This document shows positions 19,787 through 29,635 of a stretch of 64,000 nt of DNA, piece after piece. Source of the stretch: Chthoniobacteraceae bacterium. Lineage in GTDB: Bacteria > Verrucomicrobiota > Verrucomicrobiia > Chthoniobacterales > Chthoniobacteraceae. Numbering within the stretch: position 1 is the stretch's first letter; each line of letters begins with the position of its first letter. The DNA lies in NCBI GenBank assembly GCA_031409335.1, contig JANNWY010000278.1, forward strand, positions 1 through 64,000, given 5' to 3'. The notes under the pieces are model-generated. The model was given only the letters and a program-made list of their open reading frames with translations, was not told the DNA's origin and made no database searches. Made by a program: the position numbers and the translations under genes.

Positions 19787-20806
19787 ATGAGTGTAACTAC
19801 GCGCATCTTAGTCCTAAAGCTCGGCGCACTTGGTGATGTCATTCGGACTTCCTACATTCTCCCCGGTCTTCATGAAAGATTTGGAGCCGGAACATTCGTA
19901 ACATGGGTCACCGCGGCCTCCGCCCTGCCATTGCTGCGATTCAATCCTTACGTTGCCAGCCTGCTTTCGGTGGATCGCTGCGCGGGCGGAACATTGCCTC
20001 CCGAGCTTGCCGATGAGGAATTCGACTGGGTTCTCTCATTTGACGATGAAGCAGAGTCTTGTGGGTTGGCTCATCGGGTTCGTGCCAAAAAGATTTCAGG
20101 AGCATACTCCGCGGAAGGCTGCATTCGTTATACCGACGACACCGGTGCGTGGTTCGATATGGGTTTGGTTTCCTGGTTTGGAAAGGAGAAGGCGGACCAA
20201 TTGAAACTCGTCAATCGACTATCCCATGATGAAATCTTCGCGAGGATGCTCGGGATCACAATTGCGCGACCGATTTTCTTCAACGATCCGCTGGCCGAAG
20301 AGTCTGCCCGTTCGCTTGCGGATTTACCTGCACCGCGACGGATCGGGCTGAATCTCAGTGCGGGAAAACGGTGGCCGAGTAAATCGCTCCGGCTGGACGA
20401 AGCGATTCGGCTGGTCGAACAGTTGCGGAGTGTTGACGCAAATTGTCTCCTGCTGGGTGGCGTCGCTGACGAGGAATATCTGGAGGTGGTCGCTAAGAAG
20501 ACAGGGTTGCCATTCATTTGCCGACTATCGCTGGAAAGCTTTGCGGGGCTGGTGCGCCAACTGGATTTGTTGATTACTTCGGATTCGCTGGCGCTTCACT
20601 TGGCGATTGCCCAGCGGGTGCCGAGTGTTAGTTACTACGCGCCTACCTCCGCGGCTGAAATCAATACTTTTGGGATGGGTGCCAAGATTGCCTCCACCTC
20701 GCCGGATTATTGTAGTTACCGCCCGGATGCGGACAATTCCACGATCACGGCTGAACGCATCCTTATTGAAGCAAAACGGCTGCTAGCAGTTCCTCGTGTC
20801 GAGTAA
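19787..20806 (+). CDS. GT9 family glycosyltransferase (heptosyltransferase-like)
   Basis: KLGALGDVIR, GKRWPSK, ITSDSLALHLA. Confidence 0.88.
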   Translation: MSVTTRILVLKLGALGDVIRTSYILPGLHERFGAGTFVTWVTAASALPLLRFNPYVASLLSVDRCAGGTLPPELADEEFDWVLSFDDEAESCGLAHRVRAKKISGAYSAEGCIRYTDDTGAWFDMGLVSWFGKEKADQLKLVNRLSHDEIFARMLGITIARPIFFNDPLAEESARSLADLPAPRRIGLNLSAGKRWPSKSLRLDEAIRLVEQLRSVDANCLLLGGVADEEYLEVVAKKTGLPFICRLSLESFAGLVRQLDLLITSDSLALHLAIAQRVPSVSYYAPTSAAEINTFGMGAKIASTSPDYCSYRPDADNSTITAERILIEAKRLLAVPRVE

Positions 20807-21977
20807 TCCCGTGAAGGCTCAATCGTGCTGCCTCGTCTCCCATACTCTTCAGGAGGGTGTGGGCCCCGCGGATGCAAACCGGCTGCTGGCTGCGGAATTC
20901 GCAAAGCGAGGCTGGCAGGTTTCAGTTTGCGGCCTGAATGACCCTCGGATTTCCTCGCCGCGAGCTGACGCGATCGATGTCTATGGCCAGCGCGTTCCCG
21001 CTTGGCATATCCCGCAAGCGATCGGCTGGCGGGAACGCTGCGCTGCGCTCCAAGAATACCTGGAACGACAGCAACCCAGCCACGTCATTTTCCGATTCAT
21101 TCCGTATAGCCTGAATCCGAAAGGGATCGTTTGGGCGGCGGCGACCAGCCTTCCCGATGCGCTGCGAGGATACCCCACGGTTTGGCTGATGGATGAAATC
21201 TGGCTGGGTGAGGGACCGACAACCCTCAGACACCGGTTGGTCGGAAGACTCCAGCGTTACAGCATTCTGCGAATGCTTGATGGGGTGAAGCCGATCCACA
21301 TTTTTACGAACAATGGATTTAACACCAGTGCACTCCGACGGCGCGGGGTGAACGCCGAGACGCTGCGGCTGTTTGGCAATATCCCGGTGGTCGCAGCGGA
21401 TGGTGGCGCGTGGCTTTACCAAGAGTTTGAGAAGGCCGGGATACCAATCACTTCCGCAAATCGCGGGCAGTGGCTGGTATTGGGAAATTTTGGCCTGTTC
21501 CATTCCGATTGGAAACCTGACGTGTTCCTTGGCAGGTTGCGGGAGCTTGCCGGGCGGCAGGGCAGGCGCGTGTGCATCGCGGGCATCGGCTCGCTTGGTT
21601 CGTATGAAGCCCACTGGCGGTCGGTTGCCGGAAAGTGGGGTGATGACTTTACGTTCCATCATTTGGGCCGCCGGGAAGATTTTGAGGTGTCTCATTTTCT
21701 CCAGAGTGTTGATCTCGGCATCACCACGAACCCCTATCACCTGGTGGGCAAGAGCGGGACATGCATGGCGATGCTGGATCATGGTTTGCCACTTCTGATT
21801 CCAAGGATTTCGGGTGACGACGATCAGACAGAATTCGCCGCCGGGCAGTTGATTCGTTGCGGAGAACAAGTTGGAGATGAAATTTTCTCGGTCCGGCTGA
21901 AGCGGCACCCGGAGCCGCAGCTCACGCGCGCAGTGGACGTTTTGGAGGCGGCGATGTCGGGCGCGCTGGAAGTTTGA
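20796..21977 (+). CDS. Putative GT-B (GT4-like) glycosyltransferase
   Basis: FGNIP, NFGLFH, KSGTCMAMLDHGLP; located in the glycosylation cluster. Confidence 0.6.
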   Translation: MSSNPVKAQSCCLVSHTLQEGVGPADANRLLAAEFAKRGWQVSVCGLNDPRISSPRADAIDVYGQRVPAWHIPQAIGWRERCAALQEYLERQQPSHVIFRFIPYSLNPKGIVWAAATSLPDALRGYPTVWLMDEIWLGEGPTTLRHRLVGRLQRYSILRMLDGVKPIHIFTNNGFNTSALRRRGVNAETLRLFGNIPVVAADGGAWLYQEFEKAGIPITSANRGQWLVLGNFGLFHSDWKPDVFLGRLRELAGRQGRRVCIAGIGSLGSYEAHWRSVAGKWGDDFTFHHLGRREDFEVSHFLQSVDLGITTNPYHLVGKSGTCMAMLDHGLPLLIPRISGDDDQTEFAAGQLIRCGEQVGDEIFSVRLKRHPEPQLTRAVDVLEAAMSGALEV

Positions 21978-22092
21978 CGGCGGATCGACGCCGCTCACGG
22001 CCGGGTCCAAAATTGTGCCCGAGCGTATTTCGGAATCCGAGAATCCGGTTGGCAAAGTGAGAACGGCTGCTATCCTCGGCGTCGCATCAAAT

Positions 22093-22168
22093 GGTGGCCA
22101 TAGCTCAATGGTAGAGCTCCAGATTGTGGTTCTGGCTGTTGCGGGTTCGAGTCCCGTTGGCCACCCCA
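22093..22168 (+). tRNA. tRNA-His (GTG)
   Basis: 8-bp acceptor stem GGTGGCCA/TGGCCACC including G-1, anticodon arm CCAGA-TTGTGGT-TCTGG, GGTTCGAGTCC T-arm, encoded CCA. Confidence 0.97.
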
Positions 22169-22244
22169 TTTTCGCTCAAGGCGAAAGTGACGCGCTTTTT
22201 TTCAAAGCGATTGGGCGTCACTGGTGTTACTACTGCGCACCTCC

Positions 22245-22985
22245 ATGAACCCACTGGAACAGCGGATCAAATACAAGTTTCGGAATGCCCTCCTGCTCGC
22301 GGAAGCGCTCACCCACCCGAGCGTCGGGCACGAAGCGCAGCGCCATCATTTCGACAATCAGCGCCTGGAGTTTCTTGGCGATGCGGTGCTGCAGTTGATT
22401 TTCACGGAGTATCTTTTTGAAAAATATCCTATCGCTAGCGAAGGCCAGCTTACGAAACTGCGCGCGCGCATTGTTTCACGCGATGGGTTGAAGATTCATG
22501 CGGAAGCGCTCGGGCTGGGAAAGTTTTTGATGATGGGGAAGGGCGAGGAATCGAGTGGCGGGCGTGAGCGGAGTTCGGCGCTTTCGGATGCGTACGAGGC
22601 GCTGGTGGGCGCGCTTTATTTGGATTCGGATTATGTGACGGCACGGCGCATCGTGATCACGGAGGCGCGTGAGTATTTGGAGACGCTGGGTTTGGAAATG
22701 ACGGACCAGAATCCAAAGGGACGTTTGCAGGAAATCCTCCAGGCCATTTCGCCGCAGAGTCCGCATTATCCGATCGTGGATTGCTCCGGGCCGGAGCATC
22801 AAAAACACTTTTCCGCAAAGATCGTGTGGTGCGGGAAAGAGCTTGGTTACGGTGCGGGCCGCAGCAAAAAGGAATCGGAAGTCGCCGCGGCGCAGGACGC
22901 GCTGAGCAAACAACTGTGGAAGGAAACGGCACCGGCGGCGCAGCTTGCCGACAACCTGCCAGCAACTGCGAACAGCGGGGCATAA
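22245..22985 (+). CDS. rnc: Ribonuclease III
   Basis: NQRLEFLGDAVL signature, DAYEALVGA, C-terminal dsRBD (NPKGRLQE, GPEH, SKKESE). Confidence 0.96.
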   Translation: MNPLEQRIKYKFRNALLLAEALTHPSVGHEAQRHHFDNQRLEFLGDAVLQLIFTEYLFEKYPIASEGQLTKLRARIVSRDGLKIHAEALGLGKFLMMGKGEESSGGRERSSALSDAYEALVGALYLDSDYVTARRIVITEAREYLETLGLEMTDQNPKGRLQEILQAISPQSPHYPIVDCSGPEHQKHFSAKIVWCGKELGYGAGRSKKESEVAAAQDALSKQLWKETAPAAQLADNLPATANSGA

Positions 22986-23029
22986 ACATGGTGCCGCGCG
23001 TGTTGTTGAATGCTGTCGGTGTGATTCTG

Positions 23030-23170
23030 GAAAGTTGTTCGCGCGGTTTTGCACACGTGGAACTCCGCATCAGCAAATGAAGAACTGGATTTCGGGCACT
23101 TGTTCACACGCTTAAGAAGAAGAGAGAATGCTTCCAAAATTTCTTTCTTCAATCAGAGCAGTGAACAACT
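23030..23170. promoter_or_regulatory. AT-rich intergenic region with DnaA-box-like 9-mers
   Basis: TTTTGCACA (23047-23055), TTGTTCACA (23100-23108), AGTGAACAA (23160-23168, reverse orientation). Confidence 0.4.
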
Positions 23171-23215
23171 GCGCGGCGTTGACAGCGTGTGCCGTTTGTC
23201 GCTTTGCTGCACGGC

Positions 23216-23767
23216 ATGAAAACAGTCTCCAAATTCCTCATTGCAATGTGTGTCTCGTCTAGCTGCGCGATGGCTGCTGAATCTCCGCTCTATGCGATTC
23301 CGCTGAAGGACATCGAGGGGAAGGCGGCTTCGTTGAAAGCGTATGAGGGAAAGGTGATGCTGATCGTGAATGTCGCGTCGAAGTGTGGGAACACGCCGCA
23401 GTATGAAGGGCTCGAGGCGCTTTGGCAGAAGACTCGCGAGAAGGGGCTGGTGGTGCTGGGTTTTCCGTCGAACGATTTTGGCTCGCAGGAGCCCGGCACG
23501 GAAGCGGAGATCAAGGAATTCTGCTCGGCGAAGTTCAACGTGACCTTTCCGCTTTTTTCAAAACTTCATGTCAAAGGGCCGGAGCAGCATCCGCTTTACG
23601 AGGCGTTGTCTGGCAAGAATTCGCCGGTGGCCGGGCCGGTGAAATGGAACTTCGGGAAGTTTCTCGTCGGTCGTGATGGGAAAATCATTGCGCGATTTGA
23701 TTCCGGCGTGAAACCGGATTCGGAGGAGCTTTCCAAGGCGATCGCCGCGGCGATCGCGGCGAAATAA
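23216..23767 (+). CDS. Glutathione peroxidase family protein (Cys-type, with signal peptide)
   Basis: NVASKCG, LGFPSNDFGSQEPG, KWNFGKFL. Confidence 0.93.
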   Translation: MKTVSKFLIAMCVSSSCAMAAESPLYAIPLKDIEGKAASLKAYEGKVMLIVNVASKCGNTPQYEGLEALWQKTREKGLVVLGFPSNDFGSQEPGTEAEIKEFCSAKFNVTFPLFSKLHVKGPEQHPLYEALSGKNSPVAGPVKWNFGKFLVGRDGKIIARFDSGVKPDSEELSKAIAAAIAAK

Positions 23768-23770
23768 CGC

Positions 23771-25513
23771 TCAGGATTCCGACGGATCGAAGCGGTCGAA
23801 TAACCTGCCGAGCCAGACCACGCCCATGCCGGCTTCGACGGCGAGCGTCAGGGCTGCGATCGCAGTGCCAGCGAGGGGCCCCCAAGCTGTGGCAGCGAGC
23901 AGGTGAGCGGACATCCACGCGACGCCACCGAGGATGGCTGCGGGTGCCAGCGCGAGGCCCAGGGCGAGAAATTGGCCGAGCGCCATGATGATGCGGAGAC
24001 CCATCGTTTCCATGCCGCCTGACACGGCTTCACCTGGCTTGAACCACGCCGGGAAGAGGAGGGTGGCGGCGGTCGGGATGATCATGAGCGTGAGATTGAT
24101 CGCCGGTGTGAGCATTGCGACGCAGACGAAGATCATGGGCGGCAAGCGGTGGAACTCGGGCGGGAGATCAGCGATCGACGAGACGCTGGCTGCGGCTGCG
24201 GCCAGCGAGACGATTTGCAAGGCGGTGCCGGTGAAGACCGGGCCGAGCAGTTCGCCGAGAATGATTTTCCAGCCGGCAATCGGGAACGTTTTCAGCGAGT
24301 CGATCGACATCAAATCCTGGCGGACGGCGCGGGCACCGACTGCGGCATTGGTGAAAGTGACCCAGATGAAAATCGCGGATGCAATGGTCGCGACCGCCAC
24401 CGCGAAGAGCGGCCACTGGCTGAAAGCGGGAGCTGCGACGGCCGCGGCGAGAAGAATCGCGCTACCACCGATACAGTAGAGCAATGTGCGGCGGCCACCG
24501 ATCGCGAGCAGGTGTTTCCAGATGAAGGCGACCGGCTCGAATCCCGTCGCGCGCAGGCGAAACGCGGGGACGTTTGCCGCGCGCGGCGCCTGAGTGACGC
24601 GCAAATCGCCGCTGCGCCGGGCGGAGAGGTAGGCTGCGCGCCGCTGCGAGAGCGCGACTGAGGCGTCCTCGAACGAAACATGGGCGCGCACGACCCAGAT
24701 GTAATGCAGTGTCATGAGCAGGAGAGCGGCAGGTAGCGCGGCGAGGAAAGCGGAAAAGTCTGTCGCGAACCACGGCTGCACGAGCAGGCGGAACGGAAGC
24801 AGCAGCCACGGCGCGGGACCGGCGTGGAGAAATGAACGCAGCCACGTCACGAAATCTTCCGCGCGCGCCGCGTCAGCGATCGCGTGTGGCGGCGCCGGTG
24901 TGGAGATTTTCCAAAAGTAAACCGCGGCAGCCAGCGCGAGGACGCCGACGAGAACGGCCAGCCGCCGTTTCCAGTCGGACAGGCCGCGCGCCAGCAGGCG
25001 TTGCCGCGCAAACGACGCGCCGAGGCGATGCATCTGGAGCGTCGAGAAAACGATCCACCAGCCGACGAGGTGAATCAGCGCGAGTGAACCGAGCGCCGCG
25101 CGTCCGCTGATGAGCGTCATCACGCACGACAGGAAAAGCAGGCCGAGCTGGGACTTGAGGAGCTTGAATCGGATGAGCGTCGGACGATCCAACGGCGCTG
25201 GAAAAAGCCAGGCGATTTCCGCTTCTGTAAAATGCAGGGCGGCGCGCGAACCAGCCCACAGCCATGAAAAGACGAGCACGACCACGAACAAAATGAGCGC
25301 GGCGATTTCCACGCCCAGATCGCCGATCGGAAGGACGGGACCGGTGCCCGCCGACTGCGTGCCGCGAAAGAGAAACTGGAAAAAGTAGAAGTAAAAATAC
25401 AGCGCGCCGAACACGGCGCCCGCGAGATATTTCGGCTGTTTCAGGCGGCGCAGGCGATGCAGCACCGCATTTGCAACCGAGCGCGAGACGAGGAAGAACA
25501 GCGCGCGGCTCAT
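23771..25513 (-). CDS. Putative ABC exporter permease
   Basis: Polytopic; start MSRALFF overlaps the stop of the ABC ATPase (ATGA); FTEAEIAWLFPAP. Confidence 0.8.
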   Translation of the reverse strand: MSRALFFLVSRSVANAVLHRLRRLKQPKYLAGAVFGALYFYFYFFQFLFRGTQSAGTGPVLPIGDLGVEIAALILFVVVLVFSWLWAGSRAALHFTEAEIAWLFPAPLDRPTLIRFKLLKSQLGLLFLSCVMTLISGRAALGSLALIHLVGWWIVFSTLQMHRLGASFARQRLLARGLSDWKRRLAVLVGVLALAAAVYFWKISTPAPPHAIADAARAEDFVTWLRSFLHAGPAPWLLLPFRLLVQPWFATDFSAFLAALPAALLLMTLHYIWVVRAHVSFEDASVALSQRRAAYLSARRSGDLRVTQAPRAANVPAFRLRATGFEPVAFIWKHLLAIGGRRTLLYCIGGSAILLAAAVAAPAFSQWPLFAVAVATIASAIFIWVTFTNAAVGARAVRQDLMSIDSLKTFPIAGWKIILGELLGPVFTGTALQIVSLAAAAASVSSIADLPPEFHRLPPMIFVCVAMLTPAINLTLMIIPTAATLLFPAWFKPGEAVSGGMETMGLRIIMALGQFLALGLALAPAAILGGVAWMSAHLLAATAWGPLAGTAIAALTLAVEAGMGVVWLGRLFDRFDPSES

Positions 25514-26232
25514 CGGTCCGCGTCTTCGCCGACGAGGCGCATGATGACTTCCTCGAGGCTCGCATCGCCATGCTGCGCGCGGATTTCGGCGAGGGTGCCG
25601 AGCGCGACTTTTACGCCGCGTTTCACGATGAGAACGTGCGAGCACACTTCCTCCAGCAGATGCAGCAGGTGCGAGCTGATGATGATCGCCGCGCCCTCTT
25701 GCGCGCGGCGCACGATGATGTCCTTCGTCCGGCGGATCGCGAGTGGGTCGAGCCCGGTGAGCGGCTCGTCGAAAAACATGACTTTCGGCGAATGCAGAAA
25801 GCCGCAGGCGAGGGCGACTTTTTGTTTCATGCCGCGCGAGAGTTCGCCGGGAAGGCGATTGGCGCGTTCGGTCATTTCCAGTTCGTCGAGCAACTGAAGC
25901 GTGCGTTCGCCGACGTCGGCGACTTGGTAAAGGCGGCCGATGAATTCGAGATGCTGGCGGACGGTGAGGTAGTCGAAGAGGCGCGGTTCGTCGGAGAAAA
26001 AGGCGAGGGCGCGCTTTGCGGCGATCGGGTCGGCGGCGATGTCGCATCCAGCGATGCGGATCGCGCCTCCGGTCGGCGGGATGATGCCAGCGAGACAGCG
26101 CAGTGTGCTGGTTTTTCCCGCGCCGTTCGGGCCGACCAATCCCATGATTTCGCCCGGGTGGACCGTGAAAGAGAGATCGGAGACGGCAGCGAAATCGCCG
26201 TAGAGTTTGGTGAGGGCGGTGACTTCGATCAT
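25510..26232 (-). CDS. ABC transporter ATP-binding protein
   Basis: GPNGAGKTS, LSRGMKQK, FFDEPLTGLDP, SSH. Confidence 0.95.
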   Translation of the reverse strand: MIEVTALTKLYGDFAAVSDLSFTVHPGEIMGLVGPNGAGKTSTLRCLAGIIPPTGGAIRIAGCDIAADPIAAKRALAFFSDEPRLFDYLTVRQHLEFIGRLYQVADVGERTLQLLDELEMTERANRLPGELSRGMKQKVALACGFLHSPKVMFFDEPLTGLDPLAIRRTKDIIVRRAQEGAAIIISSHLLHLLEEVCSHVLIVKRGVKVALGTLAEIRAQHGDASLEEVIMRLVGEDADR

Positions 26233-27758
26233 TCGGGTTTGGGATCGGGAGGCAGCCAGAGCGTGCGATGTTTGCCGAATTTTACGGGGATGAAATGATG
26301 GACGCGGCTGTATTCGACGAGTGGTTTTTCGAGACTCGATTCTTCGACTCCAGTCAGGATTCCGCCTGGCGGGTGCGCGGAAAAGAGCTTCATAAGATCA
26401 TCTGGTGCAACGAGATGGAGCGCATCACGGCGTTCGATTGCGACAAAGGGCGCGCTTTTCCAGGCAAAGGGTCCGGAGGAAAACTCGGGGTAGGTTTTGA
26501 GGCCGGCTTCCATCGGGTAGATCGGGGCAAGCGTGAGGATCGTGCCTTGGGGAGATTGGGCGGCGATGTCGTGTGCGATGGTGGCGACGCGGTTTGGGAA
26601 CCAATCGCGGACAGGGCCGGGAAGGATGTCATCGTGGGATTTGTAAGTGAAATGGCATAAGGAGAATAAGAACAATATCGGGGCCAGGATGAGAGCCCAT
26701 TTTCTCGGGGATGAGATGGTCGATATTCCAAAAACCACGCCGAGGATGAGCAGTGGGATGATGATGAAATAGTGCTGATACTGGTATCGCGAAGGTGTGA
26801 AACAGCCGATCAGCGCGAATGGTAGAATGGCGAGGACTAGCGTCGGAGCGAACAGGTTGGTCGCGCGAGTTCGGAAGAATTTCGCTGCCGGAGCGATGGC
26901 GAAGGCGAGGAAGGCGAGGAAAAGCGGGAGGCTGGGGATGGCGACTTCTTTGAAGAAAAAGCGGAGTTTGCGGAGGGGGTGCATCGTTTTTCGGATGCGC
27001 TCGTTTTCGGGATCGAGGAGGCGGAGGCGCGGAAATTCGAAATTTCCAAACAGGAATGAGTCGGTATATGCAGCCAGGTAAAAGAGCGACGGCGCGAGGG
27101 CGGCGGTGGCAGTGCCGACGTAGATGAGGGCGATGAGGGCGCGGCGTCGAATCGGCGCTGGGAAGAACCAGATGGAAAGCCAGAGCGGGATGAGGATGGG
27201 TGCGACTGTGAGGCGGATTCCGGCGGCGAGGCTCGCGCAGATGGCGCTGGTGATGGCGAGCGGGACGGAGTTTTCGCGCGCCGCTTTCACCTGAAGGATG
27301 ATGGCGAGGACGATGAAGAGGGCGGTGCTGTCGTGATTCCACGCGCGTCCGGTCGTGAAGAAAAAGAGCGGATCGAGGACGAGGAATAGCGCCGTGGCCG
27401 CGGCTGCGGCGAATCGCCAGCGGGTGAGGCCGAATGGCGGGCGGTGCCAGCATTCCCGAAAAATGAGGGCGGCAGTGGCGAATGCGCAGAACACCGAAAC
27501 GCATCGGGCGACGAGGAATGGGTGATCGAAGACGCGGAGAAGCGCGGCGTAGAGGAAGACGAGATTTGGGAGGTGGAAGAGCGGGAAGTCGCGGTAGGGC
27601 TGGAGGCCGTCGCGGGCGAGGAGCACGGCTGGGGCGACGAATTGGTGCTCGTCGTGGTTGAGATTCCGCGCCATCGAACTGGCGAAGAGGAACGCGAGGA
27701 CGGCGGCGAGGAACAAGGCGACGCCCGCTCTTGCCGCGGTGCTGGTGGGAGCGGTCAC
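26229..27758 (-). CDS. Membrane protein, probable GT-C (ArnT/PMT-like) glycosyltransferase
   Basis: NHDEHQF, PYRDF, multiple TM segments; GTG start overlaps the mnmG stop. Confidence 0.65.
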   Translation of the reverse strand: MTAPTSTAARAGVALFLAAVLAFLFASSMARNLNHDEHQFVAPAVLLARDGLQPYRDFPLFHLPNLVFLYAALLRVFDHPFLVARCVSVFCAFATAALIFRECWHRPPFGLTRWRFAAAAATALFLVLDPLFFFTTGRAWNHDSTALFIVLAIILQVKAARENSVPLAITSAICASLAAGIRLTVAPILIPLWLSIWFFPAPIRRRALIALIYVGTATAALAPSLFYLAAYTDSFLFGNFEFPRLRLLDPENERIRKTMHPLRKLRFFFKEVAIPSLPLFLAFLAFAIAPAAKFFRTRATNLFAPTLVLAILPFALIGCFTPSRYQYQHYFIIIPLLILGVVFGISTISSPRKWALILAPILFLFSLCHFTYKSHDDILPGPVRDWFPNRVATIAHDIAAQSPQGTILTLAPIYPMEAGLKTYPEFSSGPFAWKSAPFVAIERRDALHLVAPDDLMKLFSAHPPGGILTGVEESSLEKPLVEYSRVHHFIPVKFGKHRTLWLPPDPKPE

Positions 27759-29614
27759 GCCTTCTTGGACTGGAGAAAGACGGAAAGGATCGCGACATCC
27801 GCGGGCGTGACGCCGCTGATGCGGGCGGCCTGGCCCAAAGTCTCGGGGCGAATTTTGGTGAGTTTCTGGCGGGATTCGGGGCGCAGGCTGGGCACGGCGG
27901 CGAAGTCGATGTCGCTCGGGATGCGTTTGTCTTCGCGCAGGCGGAGTTTCTCGATGTCGATCTCCTGGCGCGAAATGTAGCCGGCGTATTTGAGATCGAT
28001 CTCGACGGATTCCCAAAGATCGCCGGGGAATCCGGCGCGGATCGACTCGGGTAACGCGGTCGCCGAGTTTTCGGGGCGTTTCAGCCATTGATTGATCCGC
28101 ATTCCGTCAAATGAGGTGGCTTTGCAGAACGTGCGCAGTTGCTCGAGCGCGGCCTCTTTTTCCTGAAAACGCAGCCAGCGATGGTCGTCGATGAGACCAG
28201 TCGCGCGGGCGAGCCGGGTGAGGCGGAGGTCCGCATTGTCGTGGCGGAGCAGGAGACGGTGCTCGGCGCGGCTGGTGAACATCCGGTACGGTTCGGGCGT
28301 GCCTTTGGTCACGAGATCGTCGATCAGCACGCCGATGTAGGCATCGGAGCGGGAGAGCGTGAATGGGGCTTTACCCAATATCTTGAGTGCCGCGTTCGCT
28401 CCAGCCACAATACCTTGTGCTCCGGCTTCCTCGTAGCCGGAAGTTCCATTGATCTGGCCGGCAAAGTAGAGGTGCGGGATGCGCTTCGTTTCGAGCGTGT
28501 GGAAGAGCTGCGTCGGCGGGAAGAAGTCGTATTCCACGGCGTAACCAGGCCGCATGATTTCGGCGTTTTCCAGGCCCGCGATGGATTGGATGAACGCATG
28601 CTGAACCTCGATTGGAAGGCTGGTCGAGACACCGTTGACGTAATACTCCTCGGTATGGCGGCCCTCGGGTTCGAGGAAAATCTGGTGCTGATCTTTCTCG
28701 GCGAATTTCACGACTTTGTCTTCGATCGAGGGACAATAGCGCGGCCCGACGCCTTCAATGCGCCCGGCGTAGAGTGGCGACTTGTCGAGATTCGCGCGGA
28801 TCAAATCGTGGGTGCGCGGATTCGTATAGGTCGTCCAGCAAGGGAGCTGTTCCACGTGGAACAGCGCGCCGTCCCAGTGATTCAACGAGAAGATGTCGTG
28901 ACGCGAGTGGGCGAGATACTCGGTCATGAACGTGAACGGTTTCGGCGGATCGTCGCCCGCTTGCGGCTGGCAGCGCGTGAAGTCGATCGTGCGGCCATGC
29001 AGTCGGCAGGGCGTCCCGGTTTTGAAACGTCCCACTTCAAAACCGAGTCCTTTCAGACTATCGCTCAATGTGGACACGGCATCCGCCATGCGTCCACCAG
29101 GTTGATTTTGGAGTCCGACATGCAGCAAGCCGCGCATGAAAGTCCCCGTCGTCACGACCACCGCGCGCGCCATGATTCGCATTCCGAGGCTCGTTTCGAT
29201 CCCGGCTGCACCGTCATCATCGACGAGAATCCGGTCGATGTTGCCTTGCTTCAGATCGAGGTGCGCTTGCCGTTCAATGATCGCTTTTGCCCGAAACTGA
29301 TAAGCCTTTTTGTCGCACTGCGCCCGCGGCGAGCGGACGCTTGGACCTTTCTTCGCGTTGAGCATGCGAAACTGGATACTCGTCGCGTCCGTGTTCAGCG
29401 CCATCATCCCGCCTAACGCGTCGATCTCGCGGACCATCTGACCTTTCGCCTGGCCGCCGATGGCGGGATTGCACGACATCTGGCCGATCGAATCGAGATT
29501 CTGCGTCAGGATCAGCGTCTCGCAACCAAGCCTTGCACTGGCGAGCGCAGCCTCGATCCCGGCGTGGCCGGCACCGACCACGATCACGTCATAGCGTTTC
29601 GGATGGGTGAACAC
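27755..29614 (-). CDS. mnmG: tRNA uridine-5-carboxymethylaminomethyl synthesis enzyme MnmG
   Basis: GAGHAGIEA, MSCNPAIGG, GPRYCPSIEDK, AGQINGTSGYEEA, EPYRMFTSRAE. Confidence 0.98.
   Translation of the reverse strand: MFTHPKRYDVIVVGAGHAGIEAALASARLGCETLILTQNLDSIGQMSCNPAIGGQAKGQMVREIDALGGMMALNTDATSIQFRMLNAKKGPSVRSPRAQCDKKAYQFRAKAIIERQAHLDLKQGNIDRILVDDDGAAGIETSLGMRIMARAVVVTTGTFMRGLLHVGLQNQPGGRMADAVSTLSDSLKGLGFEVGRFKTGTPCRLHGRTIDFTRCQPQAGDDPPKPFTFMTEYLAHSRHDIFSLNHWDGALFHVEQLPCWTTYTNPRTHDLIRANLDKSPLYAGRIEGVGPRYCPSIEDKVVKFAEKDQHQIFLEPEGRHTEEYYVNGVSTSLPIEVQHAFIQSIAGLENAEIMRPGYAVEYDFFPPTQLFHTLETKRIPHLYFAGQINGTSGYEEAGAQGIVAGANAALKILGKAPFTLSRSDAYIGVLIDDLVTKGTPEPYRMFTSRAEHRLLLRHDNADLRLTRLARATGLIDDHRWLRFQEKEAALEQLRTFCKATSFDGMRINQWLKRPENSATALPESIRAGFPGDLWESVEIDLKYAGYISRQEIDIEKLRLREDKRIPSDIDFAAVPSLRPESRQKLTKIRPETLGQAARISGVTPADVAILSVFLQSKKA
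28848..28863. promoter_or_regulatory. parS site (ParB binding) inside mnmG
   Basis: Perfect palindrome TGTTCCACGTGGAACA, extending to 20 bp (28846-28865). Confidence 0.85.
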
Positions 29615-29619
29615 AAAAT

Positions 29620-29635
29620 TGTTCTACGTGGAACG
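29620..29635. promoter_or_regulatory. parS-like site overlapping the cdd stop codon
   Basis: TGTTCTACGTGGAACG, 14/16 match to the site at 28848. Confidence 0.65.

Noticed and set aside
22093..22168. tRNA-His as the integration site of the glycosylation cluster
   Set aside because: The cluster lies 5' of the tRNA; no duplicated tRNA 3' end or integrase seen
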